Shown here: in pieces, positions 49,090 through 60,147 of the stretch
Position numbering within the stretch: the stretch's first letter is position 1
Layout: every line of letters starts with the position of its first letter
Source: Deltaproteobacteria bacterium
Lineage (GTDB): Bacteria > Bdellovibrionota > JACOXK01
Direction of reading: 5' to 3'
Assembly (NCBI GenBank): GCA_016186995.1
Contig: JACPKQ010000020.1
Coordinates: forward strand, 9,330 to 73,329
Length of the DNA stretch: 64,000 bases
The notes under the pieces: generated by a model
What the model was told of the DNA's origin: nothing
The model's database searches: none
The model's input: only the letters and a program-made list of their open reading frames with translations
Translations under genes and position numbers: made by a program

Positions 49090-49742
49090 GTGTGAACCCC
49101 TTCTATTTCTATTTCTTCAGTTACAGATTTTAGAAAATCCTTACTTTTGGAAAAATCTTTTTTAGGTGTGATTTTAAAATCACTTTTTAAAATCTCATAC
49201 AAAATTTTTAAGGGAAGAGAAAAAACAGTTGCCTTTTCTTCATCAAGCTCAATCAGTGTTTTATAATGTTTTTGATAGCGCTCTGATTTTTCTTTCATTT
49301 TTTGAACTTCAAACTCAGAAATCATTTTTCTTAAGGCAGGCTCTAAAATTTCTTCTACCAATTCTTGTAAAAGTGCATTGTCCTGAAGGAGGGGTAACAA
49401 TCTTAAAATATTAGGAAGATGATCGGCCAGTTCATTTCGGCAGTCATTCTTATATTTACAATGTTCACGATTTAAATGAGAAAGAAGCTCCCCTCTTTTA
49501 TAATCATCTCCAAAAAGAATATAACCAACATCTAAAGTAGTAGCTGACTGAACAAGAAAGGTTCTTGTAAAAAGCTCTTCCACTTCATAAAAACTCATAC
49601 TTGCAAGAGTGTCGGAGAAAAATTTGAAACTATTCACTCGCAATGACTGTAAATACTTTTCCACATTTTGAATTTTTGTTTGATAATCTATTTGAGGGTA
49701 ATCAAATACCTCGGCTAATAATACATAATGATTTAAATTCAT
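49086..49742 (-). CDS. narJ: Nitrate reductase chaperone
   Basis: DYP, LFGDDYKRG, ELADHLP; between narH and narI. Confidence 0.85.
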   Translation of the reverse strand: MNLNHYVLLAEVFDYPQIDYQTKIQNVEKYLQSLRVNSFKFFSDTLASMSFYEVEELFTRTFLVQSATTLDVGYILFGDDYKRGELLSHLNREHCKYKNDCRNELADHLPNILRLLPLLQDNALLQELVEEILEPALRKMISEFEVQKMKEKSERYQKHYKTLIELDEEKATVFSLPLKILYEILKSDFKITPKKDFSKSKDFLKSVTEEIEIEGVHT

Positions 49743-49745
49743 TTT

Positions 49746-51302
49746 TTATAATCCTCTTTCTGCTGTAGCATCTTTAAAACCAAAACCCGTACTTCCTTTG
49801 GCATCTCCTGCAAAATCAAGCATTTCGATGGCTTGCTCACGGTGAGAAGCTGGAATCACAAAACGATCATCAAACTTAGCAAGTGAGGTAAGATAATAAA
49901 TTTGGTTCGCAAGTTTTCCTGTATACCCCACCTCAGCCAAAGCTTTGTTGGCTTTTTCTTGACTCACATCACCCACTGTTTTCCACCGACGATAAAGCCT
50001 TACAGCCATAAGTTTTTTAAGCTTATCCTTTACTAACTCCTCATCACCAGCACTAAAAAGATTGGCCATATACTTGAGTGGAAAGCGCGCCTGCTCGATT
50101 GTCCCCCACAGCTCTTCTGTACTTGTATCGTAAAGCCAATTATCACTCCACACTTTAGAAATAGGATCTAAGTTCTTTTGTTGCTCTACTTTTTGTGTTG
50201 ATTCTTTAAGGTTTGCCATCACAGGCAAAAGAGGTGGCACATAAAAAAGCATGGGTAATGTTCTAAACTCTGGATGCAAAGGTAATGCTAAACCCCATTT
50301 TTTCACAAACTTATAGGTTGGGGAGTCCTGGGCTGCTTTAATCGTTGAATCTGGAATTCCATTTTTTTGTGCATGTTTAATCACAACAGGATCATCTGGA
50401 TCCAAAAGCAGTGAAAGTTGTGCTTGCACTAAATGATGTTCCTCAGAAGAAGCGACTGTGTGAATCTGATCTGCGTCGTAAAGAATAACACCTAGATAGC
50501 GAATTCGCCCAACACAGGAGTGCATACAAGCTGGAGCAAAACCAGCCTCAATACGTGGATAACAAAGAATACACTTTTCAGATTTTCCTGTATTCCAATT
50601 GTAATAAGTTTTTTTATAGGGGCAGGCTGTAACACACATTCTCCAGGCACGACATACACTTTGATTAATAAGAACAATGCCATCTTCACCTCTTTTATAA
50701 AGAGCTCCTGACGGGCATGAAGCAACACAGGCAGGATTCAAACAATGATTACAAATACGTGGCAGATAAAAGAAGGCCATTCTTTCCAGTTGAAACATAG
50801 CCTCTTGTTCTGCAGCAGATAAATTTCCAAGATTAGGATCATGACGTGCATAATCAGGAGTTCCACTTAAATCATCATCCCAATTAGGCCCCATTTTAAT
50901 ATCAATGGGACGTCCTGTAATGAGAGAAACAGGCCTGGCCGTGGGTTGATCATCCATATCTCCCGATTCAATCAAATCTAAATACTTGTATGTAAAAGGC
51001 TCATAATAATCGTCAATGAGAGGTAAATGAGGATTATGGAAAATGTTAAGTAACCCTTTCCCCTTACCAGCACCTTTGAGCTTAATGCCATCCCCGCTTT
51101 TTTCCCAACCACCTTTGTAAATATCTTGTTCTTCCCACTTGCTGGGGTAACCCGTACCTGGTTTCGTTTCAACGTTATTCCACCACATGTATTCAGCACC
51201 TTTTCGATCAGTCCAAATATTTTTACAAGCGATGGAACAGGTGTGGCAGCCAATGCATTTATCCAGATGAAATACCATTGAAATTTGAGCTCGAACATCC
51301 AT
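49746..51302 (-). CDS. narH: Respiratory nitrate reductase beta subunit
   Basis: LDKCIGCHTC, NNVETKPG, CNHCLNPACV, FRTLPM. Confidence 0.97.
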   Translation of the reverse strand: MDVRAQISMVFHLDKCIGCHTCSIACKNIWTDRKGAEYMWWNNVETKPGTGYPSKWEEQDIYKGGWEKSGDGIKLKGAGKGKGLLNIFHNPHLPLIDDYYEPFTYKYLDLIESGDMDDQPTARPVSLITGRPIDIKMGPNWDDDLSGTPDYARHDPNLGNLSAAEQEAMFQLERMAFFYLPRICNHCLNPACVASCPSGALYKRGEDGIVLINQSVCRAWRMCVTACPYKKTYYNWNTGKSEKCILCYPRIEAGFAPACMHSCVGRIRYLGVILYDADQIHTVASSEEHHLVQAQLSLLLDPDDPVVIKHAQKNGIPDSTIKAAQDSPTYKFVKKWGLALPLHPEFRTLPMLFYVPPLLPVMANLKESTQKVEQQKNLDPISKVWSDNWLYDTSTEELWGTIEQARFPLKYMANLFSAGDEELVKDKLKKLMAVRLYRRWKTVGDVSQEKANKALAEVGYTGKLANQIYYLTSLAKFDDRFVIPASHREQAIEMLDFAGDAKGSTGFGFKDATAERGL

Positions 51303-51313
51303 AATCAATCTCC

Positions 51314-54300
51314 TTAAAAAATAACTTTATCCATTTTTTTCACAACCACGTGTGTATCTCTCTGTGGAGCAATGGGCCCCCAATAATTAAAGTGATAGGA
51401 AAACTGTCCGTAACCACCTGCTAAAAAATTGGGTTTTAAATGAATTCGAGTAAAACTATTATGCCCACCCGCTCGTTTATTCCCCCGAACTTGTGATTTT
51501 GGAATACCCACCGTTCGTTCAGGCACGTGATAAACAATACACACTCCTTGTGGAATACGAGAACTCACAACAGCGCGCGTACAATAAACACCATGATCAT
51601 TATAAACCTCAACCCAATCGTTATCTTTGATTCCTAACTCTTCTGCATCTTTTTCATTAATCCAGCAAGGTTCACAACCCCGAGATAAGGTCAACATTCT
51701 TAAATTTTCCATATAGGTAGAGTGAATATGCCACTTACCATGAGGTGTAAGACAATTAAGAACTTTGGCTTTTTGATTTTTGAGTGTTTCTTTTAAATCT
51801 CCATAGACCTGAGGCCTTGGTGAAGGCTTATAGGTTGGAAGATGCTCTCCATAAGCTAAATACATTTCATGATCGAGATAAAAATGCTGACGTCCTGTGA
51901 GCGTTCGCCATGGAACAAGTTTTTCAACATTATAAGTATAAGGTGCATAAGCCCGTCCCTTATTCATAAGACCTGACCATAAAGGAGAAGTATTATACCT
52001 TCGAGGTTGCGCCTGAAGATCAGCGTAAGTCAAACGTAAATCTCGTTGTCCTTCTGATAAATCAACTAATTTTAATCCCGTTTTCTTTTCAACATTTTTA
52101 TAAGCACGATAGGTAAGCTCCCCATTGGTGAGGGTTGAAAGATGTAAAACAACATTTGCCGCTGAAACATCTTCTTTTAAAGAAGGATAGATTTCTTCGT
52201 CCCACTCTTCTTTAGGGAAATGGTTTGAAGAAAGCATCTCATCATACTCCTCTTCGCACTTGTAAGAGTTTCCATGAGCACCTAACCCATTTTCTCTCAC
52301 ACCCTTACCCAAAGAAATGTATTTTTTGTAAAGTTTCGTATAATCTCGATCAACCACAGCTAACTTGTGCATTGTTTTTCCAGGAATGGCTTCGCACTCC
52401 CCTAAATACCAATCTTTAACTTTAGGTTGAGTGATTTCTCCAGGTGAATCATGAGAAATAGGCTCTGCAATAATATCTTTTTGAGACTCACTTAAATATT
52501 TTTCTGCTAATTCACTTGTTTTTTGAGCTAGATTCTTAAAAATATCCCAATCTGTTTTTGACTCCCACACAGGCGCTATAGCTTGAGAAAGCGGGTGAAT
52601 AAATGAGTGAAGGTCAGTACTATTAAGGTCAGCTTTTTCATACCAAGAAGCCGCTGGAAGAACAATATCAGAGTAAAGGGCTGAAGAATCCATTCTGAAA
52701 TTAAGATCCACAACAAGATCCATTTTTCCCTGAGGGGCCACTTCGTGCCATTTTATTTCATCAGTATGGCGAGAATCATCAGTGGAAATAGCATTTGAAT
52801 GTGTTCCTAGATAATGTTTAAGGCAATATTCATGCCCCTTCATACTTCCCATAATGGCATTACCTCGCCAGATGTACCACACACGTGGAAAGTTTTCGGG
52901 GGAATCTGGATCTTGAACTGCATAACCCAATTCTTTTGATTTTAATTTTTCAAGAACATATTTTTGAATTTCTTCGTTTGTGTGAGCACCCTTAGATTGA
53001 GCCTCTTTCGTTAATTCGAGAGAATTTTTATTAAACTGCGGATAGAATGGCATCCACCCCATTCGAACAGATTTGAAAATTTGATCAGCTGTATGTTTTT
53101 TTGTCCATTCATTATCTGGCACTGTGTTGTATTTTGAAAACTGTCCATCATAACGATATTGGCACGTATTAATATAATGCCAAATGGGGGCTTGTTGTAA
53201 TCTCGAAGCCCTATGCCAATCTTTTCCAAAAGCAATGGAGCCCCACGAATCTACAGGTGCTAATTTTTCTTGACCCACGTAGTGGTTCATTCCTCCACCA
53301 TTTCTTCCCACACAACCACACAGCATGAGGGCCATAATGGCAGAACGATACATAAGATTGGCATGATACCAATGGTTAATACCAGCACCGATAATCACCA
53401 TACATTTACCCTTCGTAACGTGGGCCGTATGTGCCCATTCTCTTGCAAATTGAATGACGGTTTTTTGATCCACACCTGTAAAAACTTCTTGCCAGGCTGG
53501 GGTATAGCCAGCGTCTTTATCTTGATAATCTTGTGGATAATCACCTTCTAAACCACGACTCACACCATATTGAGCAAAAGTGAGATCATAAACTGTTGTG
53601 ACAGGAATTTTTCCATCTACTGTTTCAATATATTTGACAGGAACACCTCTTAAGGTATCACGGCCCAAGCCAAATTCTTTTAAATGAATTTTCACAACTT
53701 CATCATGATCACTTAAGAAAGTAAGTTGTGGATCATAAGGTTTATGATCAGTGGAATTCTCAAGTTTCATGTTCCAATGACCACCCTCTTTTTCCCATCG
53801 ATGCCCTGAACTTCCTTGAGGAACAACAAACTCTTTTGTTTTTTCATCGATGTTTAAAAACTTCCACTCCCCATTTTCGATATTTTTAAATTGGGAAAGG
53901 CGATTGGCACGAACAAGCTGCCCTGGCTCATAATGATCACCCACTTTTTTAAGTTCAACCAAGTAAGGGCTATCTGTATATTGCTTGGTATACTCAATAA
54001 AATAAGGTGTTTTCTTCTCATGATGAAATTCTTTTAAAATGACATGTGTAGCAGCCATCCAAAAAGCGCCATCACTCCCGGCATGAAGTGGCACCCACTG
54101 ATCTGCATATTTACACACCTGGCTAAAATCAGGTGAAAAAACAACAGTTTTAGTACCGTTATGGCGTGATTCAGCAAAATAATGACAATCGGGTGTGCGA
54201 GTCATATTAAGACAAGCACCCATGTCTGCTATCATCTTGGCATTGTACCAATCAGCACTTTCACAAACGTCGGTTTGCTCACCCCAAATTTCTGGAAAAG

Positions 54301-54931
54301 CTGTGGGTAAATCACAATACCAATCATAGAAACTTAAATTCACCCCTCCAAAAAGTTGTAAAAACCGTGAGCCTGCTGCATAAGAAAGCATAGACATCGC
54401 AGGAATGGGTGAAAAACCGATAACCCGATCTGGACCGTATTTTTTAGCCGTGTAAAGATTGGCAACTGCCATAAGCTCCAAAACTTCATCCCAACTAGCT
54501 CTTCGAAATCCACCACAACCTCGAGCTTTCTGATATTTTTTTCTTTTTTCTGAATTATTCTGAAGATTTTCCCACGCTTGATAGGGATCACCGCCTGCCT
54601 TTTCTTTTTCTTCTCGAAAAGCATCAATCAAAGCGCCACGTACCAGTGGGTATTTAATTCTTAAAGGACTGTAGAGATACCAAGAAAATGAAATCCCTCT
54701 TTGACATCCGCGAGGTTCATAGGGAGGAAGAGAATCTTCAAGCAAAGGATAATCGAGTTGTTGTGTTTCCCACACAACAATGCCGTCTTTCACATGAATT
54801 TGCCAAGAACACCCCCCTGTACAATTAACACCGTGCGTACTCCGTACCACTCGATCATGTTGAAAACGATTTCTATAAAATTCTTCCCACTTTCTTGTTT
54901 GGGGTGAAATAATATCTTTAATCCAGCTCAT
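51314..54931 (-). CDS. narG: Respiratory nitrate reductase alpha subunit (cytoplasm-facing)
   Basis: [38 protein letters not shown]; no Tat signal; GGAGG RBS. Confidence 0.97.
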   Translation of the reverse strand: MSWIKDIISPQTRKWEEFYRNRFQHDRVVRSTHGVNCTGGCSWQIHVKDGIVVWETQQLDYPLLEDSLPPYEPRGCQRGISFSWYLYSPLRIKYPLVRGALIDAFREEKEKAGGDPYQAWENLQNNSEKRKKYQKARGCGGFRRASWDEVLELMAVANLYTAKKYGPDRVIGFSPIPAMSMLSYAAGSRFLQLFGGVNLSFYDWYCDLPTAFPEIWGEQTDVCESADWYNAKMIADMGACLNMTRTPDCHYFAESRHNGTKTVVFSPDFSQVCKYADQWVPLHAGSDGAFWMAATHVILKEFHHEKKTPYFIEYTKQYTDSPYLVELKKVGDHYEPGQLVRANRLSQFKNIENGEWKFLNIDEKTKEFVVPQGSSGHRWEKEGGHWNMKLENSTDHKPYDPQLTFLSDHDEVVKIHLKEFGLGRDTLRGVPVKYIETVDGKIPVTTVYDLTFAQYGVSRGLEGDYPQDYQDKDAGYTPAWQEVFTGVDQKTVIQFAREWAHTAHVTKGKCMVIIGAGINHWYHANLMYRSAIMALMLCGCVGRNGGGMNHYVGQEKLAPVDSWGSIAFGKDWHRASRLQQAPIWHYINTCQYRYDGQFSKYNTVPDNEWTKKHTADQIFKSVRMGWMPFYPQFNKNSLELTKEAQSKGAHTNEEIQKYVLEKLKSKELGYAVQDPDSPENFPRVWYIWRGNAIMGSMKGHEYCLKHYLGTHSNAISTDDSRHTDEIKWHEVAPQGKMDLVVDLNFRMDSSALYSDIVLPAASWYEKADLNSTDLHSFIHPLSQAIAPVWESKTDWDIFKNLAQKTSELAEKYLSESQKDIIAEPISHDSPGEITQPKVKDWYLGECEAIPGKTMHKLAVVDRDYTKLYKKYISLGKGVRENGLGAHGNSYKCEEEYDEMLSSNHFPKEEWDEEIYPSLKEDVSAANVVLHLSTLTNGELTYRAYKNVEKKTGLKLVDLSEGQRDLRLTYADLQAQPRRYNTSPLWSGLMNKGRAYAPYTYNVEKLVPWRTLTGRQHFYLDHEMYLAYGEHLPTYKPSPRPQVYGDLKETLKNQKAKVLNCLTPHGKWHIHSTYMENLRMLTLSRGCEPCWINEKDAEELGIKDNDWVEVYNDHGVYCTRAVVSSRIPQGVCIVYHVPERTVGIPKSQVRGNKRAGGHNSFTRIHLKPNFLAGGYGQFSYHFNYWGPIAPQRDTHVVVKKMDKVIF

Positions 54932-54951
54932 TCTAACCTCCACAAAGATCG

Positions 54952-55761
54952 TTACTCAGATTTTATCTGACGATCATATATTTCTTGATTCACTGAAACT
55001 TTCTTTCTTCGATACCCATAAAGAGCAATGAAGATAAAAAATAATGTTGCTCCAAAAACACCACTTAAAAGCAAACCCAAACCGTAATCTTTTGGCTTTT
55101 GATACATGTGCTGTTGATCCGCTGATTGCAAAAAGGCCACAAGTGTTCGAACCTCATCATCTTCTAAAGGTTTATCTTTATAAGCTTGTTGCATGACAGG
55201 GAAAGGAGGCCCTCCTAAAATAATCCGAACACCCTCTCCGCCTAATCTTGAAAAAACAGTTGTCAGATCTTTGGCTAAAATCCCCCCACCGATAATGGCA
55301 TCATTTTTGACATGGTGACAGGCAATGCAAGATGGCCCTCCATGAGCAAACCTTATTTTTCCTTGGAAAAAATCCGCACCTGTCTGTATGTCTTCATCAC
55401 TAAGATTCCCGCCTTCACGGGGATCTATTTCTTCACCCTCTGATGCAGCTCGCAAACTTAAAATTCCCTCAATTATTTTTTTTACCTCTGTTTCAGAAAG
55501 TGTTGGGTGTGGGGGCATCGGCATATCTCCCCACTTACCGCTTGAACCTTCTCTTACAGATTGAATGAGAGATTTTATATTATTGGAATTCAATTCATAT
55601 TTATCCGCCATTTCCTTAAAAGACGGACCTATTAATTTTTGATTTTCCTTGTGACAGGCTAAACAATCTGACTTTTGCATAAGCACTTCGGCTTGATCAA
55701 AACCGCCTGCATTAAGAACACTCAAAAAGAAAAAAAACAAACTAAAATAAAGAGGCTTCAT
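54952..55761 (-). CDS. Dihaem cytochrome c with C-terminal anchor (NarC-like)
   Basis: Signal peptide, CLACH/PMPP domain, CIACH domain, C-terminal TM; first gene of nar operon. Confidence 0.8.
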   Translation of the reverse strand: MKPLYFSLFFFFLSVLNAGGFDQAEVLMQKSDCLACHKENQKLIGPSFKEMADKYELNSNNIKSLIQSVREGSSGKWGDMPMPPHPTLSETEVKKIIEGILSLRAASEGEEIDPREGGNLSDEDIQTGADFFQGKIRFAHGGPSCIACHHVKNDAIIGGGILAKDLTTVFSRLGGEGVRIILGGPPFPVMQQAYKDKPLEDDEVRTLVAFLQSADQQHMYQKPKDYGLGLLLSGVFGATLFFIFIALYGYRRKKVSVNQEIYDRQIKSE

Positions 55762-55803
55762 ATACTTTTCTCCTGCTTTCTCTCATTAAATGCAACGCGT
55801 CTC

Positions 55804-55846
55804 AGAATATATAGAAATCTAAAGCGAAAAAAATGACCTAAATCAT
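55804..55846 (-). promoter_or_regulatory. Class II Crp/Fnr-dependent promoter for the nar operon
   Basis: ATGACCTAAATCAT (55833-55846), 23 nt from -10 TATTCT. Confidence 0.7.
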
Positions 55847-55874
55847 ATTTTCTCATTTTGATATATTTGAGTGA

Positions 55875-56813
55875 ATGTGTTTGAATGGGAAAGCCGTGTT
55901 TCAAAAAAAAATCTTTCTTGTTTTTGCCACACTTTTCTGGGGAGGCACTTTTATTGCGGGAAAATTTGCTGTTCAAGACATGCATGCATTTCAAATTGCT
56001 TTTTATAGATTTGCTCTTGCAAGCCTTTGCTTTTTACCTTTTCTCATACGAGAAATACGAAAAACTCCTTTTAATTTAAAATTACACTTAGGTTATTTCG
56101 TTTTGGGCTTTCTAGCTATTTTTAGTTATCATTATCTTTTTTTCTATTCTCTTACCCTCACCTCCGCTATCTCTGCTGCCTTTATCGTAGCTTTAAATCC
56201 TATTATAACAACTCTACTTTCCTCTCTTTTTTTTCGAGATGAAAGTTTGAATTATTTTAAGCTGAGTGGTGCCACTATCGCTTTTTTAGGAGTTCTTTTT
56301 GTCATCACATCTGGGAACCTAAATCTTATGACTCATCACTCCCTAAATTATGGAGATATTCTCATGTTTCTTGCAGTTTTTTGTTGGTCGGCCTCCATTC
56401 TTTTAAGCAGGCGTCTCATGAGAAATTCAAAGGCACTTCCTCTTACCTGTTTTTCAACTTTCTATGGCGCCCTCATTCACCTTCCATTTCTTTATTGGAA
56501 GGGTTTTTTAGGTACTTTTCCGCAAGCCTCCCTTCTTACCTGGGGCTCTGTCATCTACATGGCCATTTTTTCAACGGCTATTGCTTACATTTTTTATTAC
56601 GAAAGCATCCAAAAATTAGGGGCTTCTTTCACAGCTCTCATGCTTAACCTTATTCCTATATGGGCTCTTTTTTTCGCTGTACTTATTTTAGGAGAATCTC
56701 TTACAGTGGAAAAAGTTGTAGGAGTCGTTTTGGTATTGAGTGGTATTAGTTTTATTAATTTGAAATCAAGGTCATCACTGAGGAATGACATTCCTTGTCA
56801 TTCTGAGGAGTGA
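55875..56813 (+). CDS. DMT/EamA family transporter
   Basis: FWGGTF..GK, two EamA repeats; start probably GTG near 55896; C-terminal residues repeat-derived. Confidence 0.9.
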   Translation: MCLNGKAVFQKKIFLVFATLFWGGTFIAGKFAVQDMHAFQIAFYRFALASLCFLPFLIREIRKTPFNLKLHLGYFVLGFLAIFSYHYLFFYSLTLTSAISAAFIVALNPIITTLLSSLFFRDESLNYFKLSGATIAFLGVLFVITSGNLNLMTHHSLNYGDILMFLAVFCWSASILLSRRLMRNSKALPLTCFSTFYGALIHLPFLYWKGFLGTFPQASLLTWGSVIYMAIFSTAIAYIFYYESIQKLGASFTALMLNLIPIWALFFAVLILGESLTVEKVVGVVLVLSGISFINLKSRSSLRNDIPCHSEE

Positions 56814-56906
56814 CAAAATCACGACGAAGAATATACTTCTGATAGGAGTGCGTTCAGGGTGACAGAATTCGAATCCATGAGCGAGTTTAAATTCGTGTTC
56901 ATGTGA
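56771..56906. repeat. Composite repeat block over the eamA stop
   Basis: GGAATGAC-ATTCCTT-GTCATTCTGAGGAG...GACGAAGAAT, CGTTCAGGGTGAC, GACAGAATTCGAATCCATGAG and a degenerate second copy. Confidence 0.75.
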
Positions 56907-56947
56907 AGATGGGCTGGAGGTTTTGAAGGGGAGCCAAGGTTGTTTTT

Positions 56948-58582
56948 ATGAAATACTTAGAAAAATGGTGGGGTTGGGGGGAGCTTGATAAAGTTTATCC
57001 CAAAGACTTAACCTCTCACATCCACAATATTCTTAAAGAAAGATTTCATTTAAGCTCTCATCATTCAGCCATCCCTCAAGAAGAAAAAATTGAACTACCC
57101 ACATCTCGTTTATCCACCACAGATTTTGAAGATTTAAAAAATATATCTTCTTCTGCAACTGAAGATCATAAAACACGTCTTTGCCACAGCCTGGGTAAAA
57201 GTTACATCGATCTTATTGAGGCTCGAAAATTAAAAAGATTTTATGCTCCTGATGCGGTGGTCTTTCCAACATCCGTTGAAGAAATTGTGCACGTTCTTCA
57301 ATTTTGCAAAACAAGAAAAATCAGTCTTGTTCCTTTCGGTGGGGGATCCAGTGTGCTTGGCGGTGTTTCTCCAGAAAAAAAAGAAGATCATCAAGCTGTC
57401 ATCACCTTAAACCTTCAAAAAATGAAACAAATATTCGAAATCAACCCCCTATCAAATACTGTTCACACACAAACAGGTATTTTAGGTCCAGCTTTAGAAA
57501 AAGAGCTTAACCAAAAAGGATTTACACTGGGACACTTTCCACAATCATTTGAGTTTTCAAGTGTGGGTGGTTGGATTGCAACACGAAGTGCAGGACAAAA
57601 CTCCACATTTTATGGAAAAATTGAAGATATGGTTGTGGCTCTTAAGATACTCACTCCTCAAGGCCTCATTCAAACAAAAACTGTTCCTGCTTCAAGTTGT
57701 GGACCTAGTTTTAAAGATTTTTTTATCGGAAGTGAGGGGTGTTTTGGTATTATTGTCGAAGCTACTTTAAAAATACATCCTTTGCCTCAACACAAGACTT
57801 ATCAAAGTTTTTTATTTCCAGATTTTTTGCAAGGCATTCGAGCACTCAGCCACATAAAAAAGCTAAACCTTTCTCCTTCTTTAGTCCGCCTCTCGGATGC
57901 AAAAGAAACTGAGTTTCTTTTTAAAATGGAATCTTTAAAAAAAGATTTTTTTCATCTTTTCCAAAAAAAGTTTTTTTCATTCCTTCTGAAAAAAAAGAAA
58001 ATAAACTTGGGCCGAGCCTCACTTCTTCTTATTGGTTTAGAAGGTTCTCATAAAGAAATTCGATATCTTAAAAAACAACTTAAAATGTTAGCGAAAAACA
58101 CTCTTTCTTTAGGAAGTCGCCCTGGGTGGAAGTGGCACAAGTCACGCTTTGAACTTCCTTACTTAAGGGATGCCCTTATAGATCAAGGCGTTATGATTGA
58201 GACCTTTGAAACAGCCACTGAGTGGCACAATATCGAAAATCTCTACCGCAAAGTTTATGATACAACTCACACTATTTTAGGCCCAAAAGCACTTGTTTTT
58301 TGCCATATTTCTCATATTTATCTGACAGGAGCTTCTCTTTATTTTACTTTCCTTACACAAGCGAAAAACGACCCCATTCTCCAATGGCATCAAGTTAAAG
58401 AAAGGGTCACAAAAACTCTTCTTCAAGAAGGAGGTACTCTTTCTCATCATCATGGCATAGGCCGTGATCATAAAAAGTTTCTCATTGAAGAACACGGCCC
58501 TTTATTTGTTGAAACGTTGAAAGAGGTGAAACATTTTTTAGATCCACAGCATATTCTAAACCCAGGAAAGCTTATTGAATGA
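56948..58582 (+). CDS. Alkyl-dihydroxyacetonephosphate synthase-like FAD oxidoreductase
   Basis: WWGWG, PFGGGSSV, GHFPQSFEFSSVGGW, GSEG, SLYFTF, SHHHGIG, NPGK. Confidence 0.85.
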   Translation: MKYLEKWWGWGELDKVYPKDLTSHIHNILKERFHLSSHHSAIPQEEKIELPTSRLSTTDFEDLKNISSSATEDHKTRLCHSLGKSYIDLIEARKLKRFYAPDAVVFPTSVEEIVHVLQFCKTRKISLVPFGGGSSVLGGVSPEKKEDHQAVITLNLQKMKQIFEINPLSNTVHTQTGILGPALEKELNQKGFTLGHFPQSFEFSSVGGWIATRSAGQNSTFYGKIEDMVVALKILTPQGLIQTKTVPASSCGPSFKDFFIGSEGCFGIIVEATLKIHPLPQHKTYQSFLFPDFLQGIRALSHIKKLNLSPSLVRLSDAKETEFLFKMESLKKDFFHLFQKKFFSFLLKKKKINLGRASLLLIGLEGSHKEIRYLKKQLKMLAKNTLSLGSRPGWKWHKSRFELPYLRDALIDQGVMIETFETATEWHNIENLYRKVYDTTHTILGPKALVFCHISHIYLTGASLYFTFLTQAKNDPILQWHQVKERVTKTLLQEGGTLSHHHGIGRDHKKFLIEEHGPLFVETLKEVKHFLDPQHILNPGKLIE

Positions 58583-60147
58583 ACTTGAGTAAACTTACAT
58601 CAACCGAATTTGATCTACTCATCATTGGGGGAGGTATTACAGGCTGTGGTATTGCTAGAGATGCTGCTCTACGAGGCCTCAAGGTAGCACTCATTGAAAA
58701 AGGAGATTTCGCAAGTGGAACGAGCTCTCATTCTTCTAAACTTCTCCATGGAGGGTTTCGCTATTTAGAAAGGGGGCAATTAAACCTTGTTTTCGAAGCA
58801 CTTCATGAAAGAAATCTGATTCACAAGCAACTTTCTTATTTAGCTACCCCACTTCCTTTTTTGATTCCTATCTACAAAACAAGCCGAATCAGTCTCACAA
58901 AACTCATACTAGGCGCATGGCTTTATGATGGACTTTCTTTTTTGAGACAACCCCATATGCACAAAACCCTTTTCCCAAAAAGAATTTTCAAAGAAGAACC
59001 CCTCCTTAAAAAAGAAAACCTCAAAGGAGGAGTTCTTTTTTATGATTATTTTACAAACGATGCTCGCCTCACCCTTGAAATTGCAAAATCGGCACTTCAA
59101 GAAGGAGCTCTTCTTTTCAACTACGTTACATTCGATTCTTTTAAAAAAGAGAATCAGAAGATCGTCGCTGCTTATGCTCATGATAATTTTACACATGAAA
59201 AAAAGGTCATCAAAGCAAAACACTTTATTAACAGCACCGGTCCTTGGGCTGATATCACTCAAAAGTACGCCAATCCACACAGCTCTCCACTTTTAAGACC
59301 TACGAAAGGAGTGCATCTCATTTTTTCGAGAGAAAAACTAAAAACCAAACATACAATAACCATGGAAACAGAAAACGGACGTTTTATTTATCTCATTCCT
59401 TGGGGAGAGTATAATATTTTAGGTACGACAGACACAGATTATCAAGATTCAGCCGACGATGTTTATGCTACGCGAAAAGATGTTGAGTCCCTTCTTAAAA
59501 CCCTTAAAACTTATTTTCCAACATGCCTTATCAAAGATAGTGACATCATCAGTACCTATGCCGGTGTCAGGCCTTTGTTATATGAAAACTCTTTAACAGA
59601 AAGCGAAACTTCAAGAGAACATCGCATTATCAAAGATCCTTCTGGACTCATCAGTATTGTCGGTGGAAAACTCACCACCTATCGAAAAATGGCAGAAGAA
59701 CTTGTGGATCTTCTGACAGACAAACCTTGCCTTACTCATCAAAGACCTTTTGAAAATCAAGTTATCACTCAAACAACTTTACCCCCTTCTTATACATTCC
59801 TTGTTGAAAGATATGGCCCTCACAATGCACATTCTATTATGAAACTTATCCATAAAAATCCCTCACTTAAGGAAACTCTTTATGAAAACCCTCTCATTTT
59901 AAAAGCAGAAATGGACTACACTATTCGATATGAAATGGTAAAAACTCTTTGCGATTTTCTTTTAAGAAGAACCTCGATTTTTTTAACAACCCAAGATCAA
60001 GGTTTGAAAGTAGCACAAAAAATAGCCCCTTATATGGGCGCACTTCTAGAATGGGATGAGGCAAGAATACAAAAAGAAATAGAAACACTCCAACATAAAA
60101 TTTCCCTTTCTAAAAGATTTCTTTCTGGTAAAGGTGAAAATCAATGA
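58579..60147 (+). CDS. glpD: FAD-dependent glycerol-3-phosphate dehydrogenase
   Basis: GGGITG, SGTSSHSSKLLHGGFRYL, GTTD, GVRPL, GGKLTTYR. Confidence 0.93.
   Translation: MNLSKLTSTEFDLLIIGGGITGCGIARDAALRGLKVALIEKGDFASGTSSHSSKLLHGGFRYLERGQLNLVFEALHERNLIHKQLSYLATPLPFLIPIYKTSRISLTKLILGAWLYDGLSFLRQPHMHKTLFPKRIFKEEPLLKKENLKGGVLFYDYFTNDARLTLEIAKSALQEGALLFNYVTFDSFKKENQKIVAAYAHDNFTHEKKVIKAKHFINSTGPWADITQKYANPHSSPLLRPTKGVHLIFSREKLKTKHTITMETENGRFIYLIPWGEYNILGTTDTDYQDSADDVYATRKDVESLLKTLKTYFPTCLIKDSDIISTYAGVRPLLYENSLTESETSREHRIIKDPSGLISIVGGKLTTYRKMAEELVDLLTDKPCLTHQRPFENQVITQTTLPPSYTFLVERYGPHNAHSIMKLIHKNPSLKETLYENPLILKAEMDYTIRYEMVKTLCDFLLRRTSIFLTTQDQGLKVAQKIAPYMGALLEWDEARIQKEIETLQHKISLSKRFLSGKGENQ

Noticed and set aside
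51314-54931. Possibility that the Mo enzyme is a nitrite oxidoreductase or periplasmic Nar
   Set aside because: No Tat signal, and narI, narJ, narK and nrfHA context fits a cytoplasm-facing respiratory Nar; only phylogeny would be final.
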